Source of the DNA: Octopus vulgaris | Taxonomy: Eukaryota | Direction of reading: 5' to 3' | DNA: 64,000 bases | Assembly: GCA_951406725.2 (NCBI GenBank) | Contig: OX597835.1 | Coordinates: forward strand, 18,352,001 to 18,416,000 | Shown here: positions 42,920 through 59,519 of the stretch, in pieces | How positions within the stretch are numbered: the first letter of the stretch is position 1 | How the letters are laid out: every line of letters starts with the position of its first letter | Notes under the pieces: model-generated | Told to the model about the DNA's origin: nothing | Database searches by the model: none | The model's input: the letters and a program-made list of their open reading frames with translations, nothing else | Translations under genes and position numbers: made by a program

Positions 42920-44459
42920 GGTACTCAGATTTTGAGATACAGCTACATCCCGCTGTTCCATTCATTAAAGGGCTTCACATTTACCTAACGCACAACAGGA
43001 ATTTTCTTATACTTATTCACACATATGCATAAACTTATAGTTATATTCCACCGCGCGTATTTAAAAATATAAGGAATAAATCATGCGGCCCAGGGAGAAA
43101 TGTAGTTTCAACCTTACTTGATGTCACACCAAGAAACGTATTGCTGCCAAAAAAATTTCATAATCTTTCTAACAAGGAAATAGGTCTAAAAATTTAAGTT
43201 GTATGATTGATACGTGGGAAAAATTTGCAGGTAGTTGGCAAACAAAACCATCACATTGGAACTGTCAACCAATGGAGCCCCAAACAACATAATCTAGATA
43301 ACCCGCAAAGCAAAGATGTTCCTAGGTTTTTGATGACAGGAATCAAATGTTACTGACAAAATAATGTTAACAATCTAACAACCTACGCTGAGAAGATACT
43401 AAATTACAGAAATACACTGATTATTCACAATAAAGTCTGAATATATCTTCAAAGAAAATTATGAATTCAGTTATGACAATGCAGAAAAATGATAAAATAA
43501 ATGAGAATAGCACAACATTATCAATCCATGTATAACTCCTGAAAATCTGTAACAACAGTATCGTCAATGTTAAATCTACTGGAATACAATCCTGTAACAT
43601 TATACACATGAACAAATTCTTTAGCCTCAAATATTATAAAAGAAAGATAAACAGCGCTGCAGTAATTGAGAAATAAACACAATACATATATTCATTACTA
43701 TGAAGAGTTGGCAAATGATTTAATATATGCTAAGCCTTACACAAAGATTTAATAAGAAATAATTAATAGAATCCTATAAAGATAACAGAATATAGAAGTA
43801 TTTCGACCAGCATCTGTAGCAGTAACTTAGGTTATACGTATGAATTTGTGCATACGTGTGTGTATATGTGTGGGCTCTCATTCAGAAGGGAATTTTCTTA
43901 TTAGCAAAGATAAGAAAGTGTCTCTACGTCTAACGTCATTATTTGGATTTTTTAAATGTAATATCATAGTCTAAATTTCATATTTATTTATATCAAGAAT
44001 ATGAAGACTCTCCGTCGGGATTACGCAAGCTAATAGGTATGAGTGTTCAAATATATGCGCCACCAAAATTCCAGTTTGAACAGCAGTTGAAGATGTAGGC
44101 ATGTGATTGCCCTGTTCAAAACGGCTAAAGATGGTTTCGTCTAGAATCAATAGGTGTAGGTTAAAGTAGTGAGGAAAGGCAAACACTTTGGCAAAACATG
44201 ATAAGGAAATTTAGTTTAACTTTGATCAGTGCAATTTAGTTATATAATGAATGGAAAGAGATAGTAAAAAGTAGACCCTTCAAGATGTTTCTGGAATATT
44301 CCAGCCCCTTGAACATTGTTCCAAGCGAGGACAAATTACAAGAACGTATATAAACAGGATATACAAATATTACAGGTATCCCCCCACACACACACTAACT
44401 AAACATAGCCGCACATAGAGATATACGCATGCGCAAATGAAGGCATATACAATAGAAAT

Positions 44460-44763
44460 GCAAAATGGCTGACGGTTAGTAAGGAGAAACACACAAATAA
44501 GAAAGAAGAAAGCAAAGGAACACTGATGCGGTCACAGGAGTGTGACGAAAGAACTCTGGCCGAAATAAGATTAAGATTAATGTAAAAAATAAATAAAGCT
44601 GAAGCAAAATAACGCCAAATATATATAGTGCGTGTGTTTTTATTGGCTAAACTGGCAAAATGACCATTCCTAAATACAAATATATATATATATATATATA
44701 TTGTTATATTTCGGAATTGTCATATTGCCAGTTTAGCCAATCTTGCACAACAAATATTTAAAC

Positions 44764-44768
<5 letters not shown>
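44460..44768 (+). mobile_element. Second copy of the variant-hammerhead PLE-like repeat, plus an inverted internally deleted copy (44705-44765)
   Basis: Near-identical to 21036-21250. The reverse complement of 44705-44765 joins the start (taaatatttgtYgtgcaagatt) directly to the end (ggctaaactggca...ttccgaaatata). Confidence 0.75.
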
Positions 44769-44834
<66 letters not shown>

Positions 44835-44857
44835 CATATATATATATATATATACAT

Positions 44858-45401
44858 ATCATCATCTGGAAAAGACTTTCTAACTAGAAAGGGTATGGCC
44901 TGGTCAGCCTGTAATGACATGCATAAGATCTGGTCATCAAATCTAGGTAGAGACTTCAAACTTGAAATATTCAAAGCCACAGTCGAACCAATCCTACTAT
45001 ATGGCTCAGAAACCTGGACGTTATCAAAGAAGCTTGAGAGGCGGTTGGATGGAACCTACACTCGCCTCCTTATGAGAGCTCAAAATCTCTCGTGGAGGCG
45101 CCATCCAACTAAAATGCAAATATATGGGAAATTACCACCTGTGTCATCTCTTGTGAAGGGTAGGAGAGTCCAGTTTGCTGGACATTGTTGTAGAGCTGAA
45201 AAAGAAGTAATTTCTACTCTTCTCCTCTGGAAGCCATCTACTCGCAACACCAGAGGGCGCACACTCTCCTACCCTGATGTAATCTCCAGGGATACAGGCA
45301 TCCAGCAACAGGACCTCCGTAATGCTATGATGGACCGTGAAGTCTGGCGCAACATGGTAAATTCCATTGTCTCGACCACGGTCGAACAATGATGATGATG
45401 A
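44858..45401 (+). mobile_element. Young 5'-truncated RTE-like LINE with an open C-terminal frame (ORF 44895-45392)
   Basis: LEIFKATVEPILLYGSETWTL...RRVQFAGHC...AMMDREVW, a (gat)n tail and (TA)n on both sides. Confidence 0.9.
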
Positions 45402-45423
45402 TATATATATATATATATATATA

Positions 45424-47016
<1,593 letters not shown>

Positions 47017-47182
47017 CAATGGGTGAATCAATTATCCTATGTTTACCGTTAGCATGGAAAATTCAATGAACCATTACCAGGGTAGCAAATACGCGCCGGA
47101 AACACGGTTGAAGCGACCTATCTGTTTATCATGTAGGTAGTCATCGTAATTGCTATAATGTCTTGTTGTTGAGAGAGGCTCT

Positions 47183-47268
47183 CTTTCTCTCCTGATGAGA
47201 AGATTGCATTTCACACCGTTTATTCCTTTGGAATAAAACCATGTTGTCTTCGAAACATATGTCGAAAG
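47183..47268 (+). ncRNA. Minimal type I hammerhead ribozyme in a second PLE fragment (~47015-47310)
   Basis: CTGATGA (47192-47198) gaagat...gtcttc GAAA catatG TC gaaag. Stem III acatatgt. Downstream atcttcgttcaactccattt is shared with 46723-46742. Confidence 0.75.
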
Positions 47269-48055
47269 TAAAAGAATTTTATTAACATCTTCGTTCAACT
47301 CCATTTATTTATTTATTCATATATATATAAGTATATAACGAGAAAACCTGTTGAAATTACAGGTAGGATGTAAGTGTACATATGGATTTGCTTCCTCCTT
47401 AGAAATTTATATTTTGACAAGAGGGGTATAGAAACCAATTTTCCTCCACTTCTGCATCGACAACCACGAAATCGTTCGCAGAGAAAGATTCCATAATAAC
47501 AGCAATAAAATCAGCCAAAGCAAAATTTAAGGATGCGACAACAAAATAAAACCTACCATGTATATGTAGTTTGTAATCAAAAAATCATATTTATATATGT
47601 GCATATGTTTGCGTTGGAAATATTTAAATTATATGTGTATATAAGTATCAGTCTGTGCATGATTGCATATATATACCTACTGCATATATATAGCTATAAA
47701 TCTGTGTATATATATATATGTGCGTGTGTATATACATATGTATCGATATATAAATATAAGCATACAACCATATATATATATATTTGCATATGTATATAAA
47801 TTTTGTATTTTTGCATTTGTATATATATATATTTAAACACATAAATAAACACATACATAGAACACACACGCACACACCTATATAATCATATGTACATTTG
47901 TGGATATCTATATGTGTGTCTATGTAAGTATGTGTATGTGCTCCAAAACATTGAGAGATATATATGAATAAAATATGAAAATATGTATGTATAAATGTAT
48001 AATTATTTCTATGGAACAGGTATGTATACGTATGCATTATTATAAATGTATTTTA

Positions 48056-48147
<92 letters not shown>

Positions 48148-48302
48148 TATATATATACATCTACATACATGTGTAAATGCATATATATGTACATAAGCAT
48201 CAGCGTACGTATATGTCTGTGTGGGTTTGTGTGTGTATGTGTGAGTTTTCTTTATAAACGTGTCTGTCTGTGAATATCTACGACTGCTTACAAACTATAT
48301 GT

Positions 48303-48341
<39 letters not shown>

Positions 48342-48626
48342 TTTCAAATACTCTCCACACGCACGTGTACATACACGATTTCACAAATATGCACGCACGG
48401 ACATATCCAGAGACACACGCACGTATAACTCACTTACACACACCGACTCATGCAGCTTTTCTTTTTCCTCTATTCAGTAAAAATAATAAACCTGAATATG
48501 AAATGGGGTGAATTCAAAGAAATGTCAGAAAAAAAAGAGAAGACTATTTTCCTTTTAATTATGGGAATTTTCAAAGATTTCTGTCCAACAAAAAAAAAAT
48601 AATGATAATAATAATATAGCACCAGA

Positions 48627-48774
<148 letters not shown>

Positions 48775-50567
48775 GCGTTTATATATGTATATATGTATTA
48801 TACTTCTTTTCACAAGGGGAAATTTTATTCTAAATGTTTTTTCACAATTTTAATCTGCAAAAATATATTTATTGAATATAACATTATCAAAGTTTTATTT
48901 AAATAACTTTTTTTTTTTTGTATTTTGTTAAATTTTTGTGTTTCACAGAATATTTCAATTCTTTCTTGGAACTATTCTACAAATATATAAGTTTTGAGAA
49001 TTTGGCAAATATTAAATTGAATATTTCGTTACTCTAGATTTGGAAAACTAAAGAATAATTCGAGGAATTCATGTTTCACAGTAATTGATATGCAAAGAGT
49101 TAACGAGTCTTCATTGGCTTTTGCATTCGCAAACTGTTTTTTTTTTATAAATGTAACCTTCTCTTTGAATAATCATACCGTCACATGTGATATTTACAAT
49201 GTGTGGTTTCTATTTCCTAATCCCATGTCGTGTGAAACCTTTCTCATTTATTTTTTTAGCTCTCCTGATAGTCACCGTTGTGACAGAAGGTACAATGTAT
49301 TCTCACTTTTAATTTTATGCAATTAAAATTTCATAGCACCTTCCTTTCTCTGTTTACAAAACTGTCATTCCAGTAGAATTTTAAATGAACAACGTTATCT
49401 TAGTTCACCTCATTACGTTAAAAAAATCCTACCTATACACGTACGTGTTCTTTTGTTAGAATGCAAGCACATGATGCCTTCAATCTTAAACATATGGTAT
49501 CAAGAAAGGCACGAAACTGAAAGTTGAAAGCTAATGTTCAACTTCAGTATGAAGATGTCATGCTACGATGAATGCAAATCGAAAACCAAGATGACATTCG
49601 TCTCATACACGTACCATTATTTCGCGGTCTCGTTTATATAAATTTCAGAAATTTGGACTTATGGGAAATAAATATAATATCACCTGCTTTAGAAACATAA
49701 CCACTACCTTAATCGGTCGTTGGTGCTTCTAGAAATGGCAGTCAAATTACACCTTATTTACACTAATTATTACACTATGTAATAAAATATTGTTTTGGTA
49801 TTTAGTCTATATGTGTTATTTCTTATATTGGAATGGGTTATTTCCTATCTAGAAATCATAGATTTCTAGAAAGGAAATATTTCCCGAAAACTATGCTTTT
49901 GTGACCTGGATATCAACGATTTGAAACTGACCTATTTTCCATTACATTTCAGAGAGATTCTGCACAAAGTTGCTGAAGCGGAAATAGCATTAAAGTAAAT
50001 ATTCTTCTCAATACCACATATTTCCTTGTCATTTGTGTGACATTAACTATTTGAGTATGTCTCTTAGTGCCTGGCAATATATGCATCTCTAATCATGAAT
50101 TGGAATAGTGGGGAGCATACTAACCATGTGCTGAGAGGGATTCTTTGGGGTTTGAATAAAATTGAAGGAAATATTAGTCGTTTTCCATACTTTCTAGCTG
50201 TAAGCAAATAGGAAATTACAGCTGTTACTGAAGGGCAAAAATCATGCTACACATATTTATGGCGTACAAGCAAATTATATAACATATTACAGCTTACTTG
50301 CATAAACATAAATCATTAAATCAGTTTATGTAAAACTAGACGTAACGGTTATGGATGGCAAATCTTAGCATTATGGCGAAGTGCAGGCATGGCTGTTAGA
50401 TATGATGTTCGTTTTCCTGACACCTGGTAGTGATTTCATTCCCTTTGCATGGTATTTGTCAAGTGTTTTCTACTATACCCCAGAAAACTGATTAAGGGAT
50501 TGCAGCCCTTGAAATTCGTACCTTCTTCTGGTGCATCACCAATCAAAAATACGCCATTATACGTGTC

Positions 50568-50609
<42 letters not shown>

Positions 50610-52200
50610 GTTATTCGAGTGAATTCTAATGATTTGATAAATACATGAACAGTATATATCGTATTGTAGAGCCTCTTGTTCACCTCAAGATTTGAAGTTT
50701 TCTTCGTTTGAAACAAAGCAGAATAGATTAGGAATGCATCTATATTTACAACAGTTACAAAATGCATCTGGAGAAGGGGTGATTAGAAATGACTTGCGTA
50801 AATTGTAAGTAATCGCAAAAACATTTTTGGTGTTGACATTTCTCTAATTAGGCCCCTATAGACAAGGGACGAATCAGGCACCAGATCATAGAGTGAAGTT
50901 TATGAAAAACAATCAGTGATATTGAAAGATGTGGGTGATGGGAATTGCCGAAGATGGAGGTGAGAGAAATGCCGAAGATGAAGGTGAGAGAAGATGGAGT
51001 GAGAAATATTGGGTGAGGGTAGATGGGGTAAGTGAATGGGAGATGATATGATGCTTGAAAACGACGAAGCGTTAGTGCATAAAAATGCGAGATACATGAA
51101 GGTGAGACAAGAGCGAGAGAGAGAGAGAGAGAGAGAGAAGAGGAAAGAGAGTAGGAGCAGGGGAGAGAGAAAGAGAGGGATGTGAAGGTGAAAGATATGT
51201 GGAAACGGAGACATGATGAGAGGGAAAGAGATAATAAGAGAGAAAAGGAGAGAGTGCGCCGAAAGATGAGTTTGTGGCAGGTGGAGAGAAAGAGATGGAT
51301 GAGAATAATGTGAGAATAAAGTGCTAGAAGCAAGGGATATGAAGAAGGAGATTATAGAAATGAGGACGGCTAGACGGATGTGCATGATTAAAGATCATGC
51401 TTGTACGAAGAAATTGATGACCAGCAAGGAATGCACGAAAATAGGCAGGAAAAGAAATGCTTGTGTATGGAAATAGGATATAATAGGATTAAAAGAGATC
51501 GAATAAAGTATTTCGAAATTCAGTGAAATGGTGTAAGAAATTTCAGTGGACCAACATCCACAGATTTATATGTTCTATTAATTTCCTTGTTTACTTACCC
51601 AGCTTCAAAAAAAAAAAAAAAAAAGAGCTCAAAGGTCGTCAATATGTAGTTGCATGTGAATCCGAATTAAGTCGACCAACGATAAAGCCGTTTCATTGTG
51701 GAACATGGTGTCATTTCTCAGGCAAAATAAATCTCTGTGCACTTTAAGTAATATGCACTACTTCTTAACAGGATACAGCAGTGTGATTGGAGGGAGGAAT
51801 GTGATCCATTTCTACTAGATCTGTTAACTAGCAGAATGTTTCATTGTTAATGCTGGTGCAATGGTTCAGTCTGTTTTTGTTTTCCCTCTTGACAGGATAT
51901 AAAACCGTCGAGATTCCCGCCGAGAATTTCGTAGCTAAACAAGAAGGCAGGAAGTAATTCGGGATAGTGAGAGAGAAATGAGAGAGGAAGAGAAAAACAA
52001 AAAAGGTGAGAGGGGGAGAGAGAGAGAATGAGTGATTGAGTGAGTGTGTATGAGTGTGTACGTGGGTTTGTGAGAGTGACAGACAGATAGAGAGACAGAC
52101 AGACAGACAGACAGACAGGGAGACAGACAAAAGAGACTGAGAAACGTACACATGCGTGCATGTATATACACATACTGAAAAATATGAATGTATATATGTA

Positions 52201-53202
52201 TTGGGTCATCCTATAAATAATGCGTTTTTTTCAATTACATGAATTAAATGTCGGTGGGTGGGGATAAACTACCTGTATCAACATGCTATAAAGGCAGGTA
52301 CTAATTTTACCTTGTAATTATTTTTAGTGCAGGTTTTGAAGAATGCAGTTCGATTTTCACAGTTATTTTCTCAAAGCTATTGTGGAAGTGACAAAGCGTA
52401 TTTTGTTTTAAGATTTCAATAAAGGCAACAACGCAAGGGAAAGAGCGGGGAAGAACAATGCACCAAATGGGGGATCGTAAGCCAGGGTCAAAGGTGGTTC
52501 CAGAAATTCCGAGCTGGAAACTACAGCCTAGAAAACGAGCGCCATCCTGAAAGATATATAAAGCTCGACGAGGAGGTCCTGTTAAACTCTGGTGTAACAA
52601 GATCTCATCGTAACTGTTGAGGAACTGAGAGAAAACCTTGGATTTGATGATTCAACCATTCGTCGACACATGCGTGCATTTGGAAATGTCAACGAATTGG
52701 GTTAATGAGTCTCACGAATGAACCTCTTTTGGATCGAATAGCGACTGGTGACGAAAAATGGGTTCTCTATAAAAATGTCAAGCGACGAAGACAGTGGGTA
52801 GGGATAGGAGAAACACCAGTATCCCAGGTTGTTATCTGTTTGGTGGAATATGAAAGGTTTAGTGCACTTTGAACTTTTAAGCCCAAGCCAAACGATAACA
52901 AAGATCTATTTCTAGCAGATTGAGCTAGGAGAAAAACGACCATCTTCGGTTTCAAGACGAAAGGCATTCTTTCATCAGGATAGCGAGGATGATATTCCGA
53001 AGGCTGGAGCAGTTTGAATATGAACAATGCCCCACCCACCCTATTCGCTGAGCATTGTTAGGATGGAAAAAAATAAGTTCTGTAGACGAGGTCAGAACAG
53101 TATTGAAAGAGTATTTTTCGTCCTGGACAAGCGAATTTTGGAAGAAGAGCCTTAAAGGTCTACTAGATAGATAGAAGAGCATTGTAGAAAATGAAGGAAA
53201 GT
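52201..53202 (+). mobile_element. Degraded mariner element with 3' TIR lost
   Basis: TA-ttgggtcatcc start, LDRIATGDEKWVLYKNVKRRRQWV, and C-terminal FWKKSL..L.DR..SIVENEGKY. Confidence 0.85.
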
Positions 53203-53450
53203 ATTGTTGTTGTTGTTGGCTGCGTCTCGTGTTTACGAGCTGGCAATCCAGTTCATCTTTCTTGGTTTTGAACAGCAGATGGCTCCATAATCCAAGGGTT
53301 GCATGAAACATACGGGCACATTGTGGACAAGGGATAGAAGGTGCTGGTTTGGGAAGGAAAAGCCGCTGCCTTCTCTCCCGTCGCTTGAGTTCAGCTCTTC
53401 CGACTCGAGCTTCCTCGAACTCCCCAGAACCCGTTTTGATGTAATATTCT
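53203..53450 (-). mobile_element. RTE LINE 3' end with (CAA)n tail
   Basis: C2H2 finger [18 protein letters not shown] on the minus strand. The tail abuts the mariner C-terminus. Confidence 0.75.
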
Positions 53451-53614
53451 TGTCACCACTATTATGTATTCACCACCTTATGATCGTTGACTCGTCTATC
53501 GCGCTACTCTTGATAGCTCCACAAGACGATGACTTTGAAATGTCTACCTTGTCGGCAACACGAACTCGTATATATCACGTAACTAACACTGTCTCATGGA
53601 ATTTTCAATGGAAC

Positions 53615-53671
53615 AGTATATATATATGTGCGTATGGAAATATATATATATATATATATGTGTGTATGGAA

Positions 53672-53744
<73 letters not shown>

Positions 53745-53813
53745 CGTATATATATATGAATATGTGTATATATGTATACATATATGCATATATAAATATA
53801 TACATGTATACAT

Positions 53814-53862
<49 letters not shown>

Positions 53863-53880
53863 CATATATGCCCCTATACA

Positions 53881-53920
<40 letters not shown>

Positions 53921-53974
53921 TATGCATCTATACATATACATGTATGTATATTTACCCCTATACATATATGTGTG

Positions 53975-54042
<68 letters not shown>

Positions 54043-54107
54043 CATACATACATACATACAGAAAGCACGTAGATAAATACGCTCGCACACATACATACAT
54101 ACATACA

Positions 54108-54143
<36 letters not shown>

Positions 54144-54428
54144 TATAAATGAGTGACAAGGAAAGAGAACAAAAGTATGTTTAGAGTAAGAGGGGGCTAT
54201 TAAAGACATGACACAGCAAGTTATATGCGTATACATCATAGACGTGCGTGAAAGAAATTGAAACGAGTTGACAGGAAGGAATATGTGATGTGAAAAAAGT
54301 TTTTATCGTCCTTTTTGGTTTTCAAATCAAGAAAATCTCGAAATGTTATTAAATCTATCGCTGATAAATCTGTAAAATATTCGCCATGGAGCAGCCATAT
54401 AACAAAATCCTTCCTGCTTATTTTCTCC

Positions 54429-54498
<70 letters not shown>

Positions 54499-54509
54499 TC
54501 TATATATAC

Positions 54510-54574
<65 letters not shown>

Positions 54575-54606
54575 CCTATCTATCTATCCGTCTGTCCGTC
54601 AGTCTG

Positions 54607-54686
<80 letters not shown>

Positions 54687-54718
54687 CCTATCTATCTATC
54701 CGTCTGTCCGTCAGTCTG

Positions 54719-54751
<33 letters not shown>

Positions 54752-54818
54752 ATATCTATCTGTCTGTCTGTCTGTCTATCTGTCTATCTATCTATCTTTC
54801 TGTCTGTCTGTCTGTATG

Positions 54819-54877
<59 letters not shown>

Positions 54878-54975
54878 GTCTGTCTGTCTGTCTGTCTCTC
54901 TGTATGTCTGCCTGCCTGTCTCTCTGACTATCTGTCTATCGATCTGTTTGTCTCTCTGTCTGTCTCTCTGTCTGT
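53615..54975. repeat. (TA)n, (TACA)n and (TCTG)n/(TATC)n arrays
   Basis: Directly visible. Confidence 0.95.
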
Positions 54976-55269
54976 CATGTATGTATGTATATTCATATAT
55001 ATGTGTGTGTGTTTGTGTGTGTTTGGCTGTTAGATAAGTAGTTACATATATACATGTATATATGAGAAATTCATTGTCCTTTAGTCTGTTGCTTAATTAT
55101 TCTTGAGGTAATTAGGTACTTTTCTTGTAATTATGCTTTCTTTTATTTTCTGAGTTTTATTTTCTGACGCCTGAAGCATAATAACAATAATTATTATTTT
55201 CCACCTCCTCTTCCTCCTCCTCCTCCTCTTCCTGCTTCTTCTTACTTTTATTGTTGTCATTGATTCTCA

Positions 55270-55670
55270 GACGGCGAGCTGGTAGAAACATTAGCACGCC
55301 GGGCGAAATGCTTAGCAGTATTTCGTCTGCCGTTATGTACTCAGTTCAAATTCCGCTGTGGTCGACTTTGCCTTTCATCCTTTCGGAGTCGATTAAATAA
55401 GTACCAGTTACGCACTGGAGTCGATGTAATCGACTTAATCCGTTTCTCTGTCTTTGTTTGTCCTCTCTGTGTTTAGCCTCTTGTGAGTAGTAAAGAAATA
55501 GGTATTTCGCACGTAGCTACGTTCTGAGTTCAAATTCAACGGAGGTTGACATCGCCTTCCATTTTTTTCAGATTCGATGAATTATGTACCGGTAAAACAC
55601 TGGGGTCAATGTACTCAACTGGTCCGTCTCCCAAGATTTCAGACCTTGCGAATTTAGTGGAAAATATTGC
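55270..55670 (+). mobile_element. Young SINE A fused to a headless older-subfamily SINE A
   Basis: Junction aaagaaata|ggtatttcg at 55500/55501. The downstream unit has the older 3' end. Confidence 0.85.
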
Positions 55671-56254
55671 TATTAATTCTATTTTATATCAAGGACATTT
55701 AATTTCATGTTATCATGTATGCTTACGAATGTCTCTGACAGTGTATGGACAGTTATGTGCATACATATATACACACATGCACACACATATATATATATAC
55801 ATATTTATTTGTATTCATTCATACGTATATGCATATATAAATGCGCAATATGTACATATATTCTTTCAGATTTTTCGGAAATTCTCTACTAAATATAAAA
55901 ACAGTTTATATAAGATAAAAACTTTAAAACATTCGTGTACTTACACTTACATATATAGACCCATATCTCCACAAGCTCGGAAATAGAGAAACAGAGACGT
56001 ATGCTTATACGCAACTATATCTAAGAAATAAAGGACACGCATAAGAATAATTTAAGTACAAGCATTACATTATATACGTGTACATACATACAGCAAATTT
56101 GAAGAACTGCGTTACTTAAATTTTAGAGAAAGTATCGATGCCTGTGTATATATAGGTGTGTATATATACGATGTGTATGTATATATGTATGCATTTAGGT
56201 AGATAACAATGTATTTAAGTACGATCCACACACCCAGAAACACCCACCCACAGT

Positions 56255-56328
<74 letters not shown>

Positions 56329-56375
56329 TTCTATCTATCTATGTATCTCTTTGTATTCTGTATCTCTTTGTATTA

Positions 56376-56423
<48 letters not shown>

Positions 56424-56485
56424 ACATATATACTTATATATGTGTGTATATATACATACATATATATACATATATACATATATAC

Positions 56486-56517
<32 letters not shown>

Positions 56518-56858
56518 GTGTATGTAGGAATATATGCGTATATATATACGTTCTTTCGCTCTGAATATAGAGACATAAGGACATGTACATCATCATACGA
56601 GGCTCTAAACTGCACGGATTCACACATATTAACTTATAAATGCAAACCTTTAAGCACTCTCACACGCACGTGCACACACACACACACATGCTACACACAC
56701 ACACACCCGCACAGAAAAACGTACATCTATATACATACATAAATGCATTAGAACCTGAGTATATACTAAGCTAAATATGATGCACAAATACGAAATTACA
56801 CGCACATATGTTTGCGTAATGCATTTTAATATTCGCGTGCACTGTACTCGAATTTGTA

Positions 56859-56897
<39 letters not shown>

Positions 56898-57245
56898 GCG
56901 TACGTTCCCTTATTTATATACTGTTATATAAACAAACGAAACCTGTAATGATGCGACGGTAATCAAACTTCATTATTGTCAATACGCAAAATACCGCCGT
57001 TCGTGAGTTTGGCACTAAGGTTTATATAAAACACAAGTACATCATTACACACGAAGACATCTTCACCACCAATGATATAAAACAATAAAATTCAGACAAA
57101 ACAGACCCAAGCAAGATAGGAAGATTTAAACATATATCAACTTATAGGAATAAGGAAAATAAAATAATATATATTTTATACAAGCCAAAAAGAGGTAATT
57201 ATGACATGAAAACCGATCAAAACCAGGGGAACAAACTAGTAAGTA

Positions 57246-57270
57246 ACAATAGTAGTAGTGGCAGCAGCCA

Positions 57271-57303
<33 letters not shown>

Positions 57304-57455
57304 TAGTAATAGTAGTAGTAGTAGTAGTAGTAGTAATGATGATGATGATGATGATGATGATGATAATAATAATAATAATAATATTAATAATGATAATAAT
57401 AATAATAATAATGATATTAATGATAATAATAATGATAATAATAATAATAATAATG

Positions 57456-57531
<76 letters not shown>

Positions 57532-57535
57532 TAAC

Positions 57536-57588
<53 letters not shown>
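57246..57588. repeat. (TAG)n/(TGA)n/(TAA)n array
   Basis: Directly visible. Confidence 0.95.
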
Positions 57589-57590
<2 letters not shown>

Positions 57591-57881
57591 GAAAATGCTG
57601 AAAACAAAGCCGAAAAAATCAATCACGGATGTTTTGAAATTTGTTTTCTGATGTCTGTTTTCTATTTGTTATGAAGGAATTTGCTTAAAATTCTTTAGAT
57701 TTTGAAATTCAATCTGATTTCGTAGAAAATCTAAAAGAAATTTGTGGTGATTTGTAAAAGATAGAGTTTTGTTTGTACGGATATGCAAGGCGGTAAGTAG
57801 AGGGAGCATGGAAAGTAGATATACATCTTTCTATCTATATATATACAAATATACTTAGTCATACACATTCCCATTTATTTT

Positions 57882-57949
<68 letters not shown>

Positions 57950-57955
57950 CATACA

Positions 57956-57995
<40 letters not shown>

Positions 57996-58067
57996 TATAT
58001 GCATATATACATACATATATATATATATATACATACATACATACATACATATATATACATACATACT

Positions 58068-58111
<44 letters not shown>

Positions 58112-58324
58112 TATACATACATACACACATATATATATGTATGCTGTTCCTCTGAGTGTGTGAGTTGTATATATTCATCCTTTTATTGTAAATATATATG
58201 AGATTATAAAATACATACATACATTCAAGCATACATATATGTATGATTGAAATATATATATGTATATATATACATACATCTATTCTATCTTTGCATCTCT
58301 TTGTATTAATATATATATATATAT

Positions 58325-58377
<53 letters not shown>

Positions 58378-58984
58378 CACATATATATATAATCCCTTCG
58401 TTTGATTGATTGGTTGATGATGATGATGATGATGATGATGCTGATGCTGATGATGTTTGGGATAATGTTGAAAATCGCAAATTTGCCGTCTCCCATTCTC
58501 TCTGCCGTCTACTGTTATGGCAGACGGCTTTGTTACTGATGAATTTTCTCTTCGGAATATGTTGTTTAATATGAAAATTGTCTGTCGAGACCGTACATCT
58601 AATTTTATCCCAACCAATACATCCACATACACACACACACACCTCAACACGCGCATACACGGGCACACATTAACAGGAACATTTAAAATGTTTGAGACAC
58701 ACGAGGTAAATTCTCTACGATGCATCATTAGTGATGTTTCTCAATATTAGACCACCTCACCCTGTTGATCCACCCAGGCTAGCCAAGTTAGTTGCATCTG
58801 AATAGCAGTAATTCATTAGTGTGTCCCCTTTATCAAAACCACATTGATCCCTTCTCTGCAGGTTCAGTGATGGAATTTACAGCTTTCTCTGCGTGTATAA
58901 ATGGAAGACATAGTAAATGTTACGATACACTTTCAGCCCCATCATGTTCAAACGTTTCTATCGGAAGGCGAAACTAAATAAATA

Positions 58985-59519
58985 TTGGTTGTTCGGAAAG
59001 TTCGTGCCGATTTTAAAGAAAGAAAAAGATCAATAAATGCTTGGCATTACATTTTTAATCAACCAAATATGAACCATTTTGTTGCACAATGCGTCTCCAT
59101 CTTTTCTTTAACTTAAAAATTCCCTCTTCACAGAGTTGAGGTGGTTTCATGGCAAATAGTTCTTCAAGATATCTTTTTACGTCATCCAAGGAATTGAAAT
59201 TTTTACCATTAAGACAATTCTGCAGAGACCTGTATAAATAGAAATCCGAAGAGACAATATCTGGTGAATAAGAAGGGTGAGGTAAGACATCCAAGCCGAG
59301 CTGTAGCAATTTTTGTCTGGTTCCTAAAACATCAAGTGCCGAAAATAAACTTTCATAACACAGGTTATAGGAATATAAACTTTCTTTCGCGAAAAGATAG
59401 CTTAAACAGTGTTCTAAATGGAGGTGTAGTCAAATTCTATTTTATGGAATCAGCTATGTTTTAAAATAAGTCGAAAGTTAAGCTACTATAAATCGGCACG
59501 AACTTTCTGGACAAACCAA
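58985..59519 (-). mobile_element. Internally deleted mariner with both TIRs
   Basis: TIRs ttggttgttcggaaagttcgtgccgattt / aaatcggcacgaactttctggacaaaccaa with TA flanks. ORF 59055-59309 reads LPHPSYSPDIVSSDFYLYRSLQN...GIFKLKKRW. Confidence 0.92.

Noticed and set aside
43200-43700. Possible ancient LINE remnant (also ~1420-1760)
   Set aside because: Only faint peptide resemblance; cannot be called without an HMM search.
44895-45392. 165-aa ORF as a host gene
   Set aside because: It is an RTE-like LINE C-terminus, 5'-truncated and with a repeat tail.
58761-58797. 37-nt minus-strand micro-exon candidate
   Set aside because: Weak acceptor, frame-shifting length and no supporting context.
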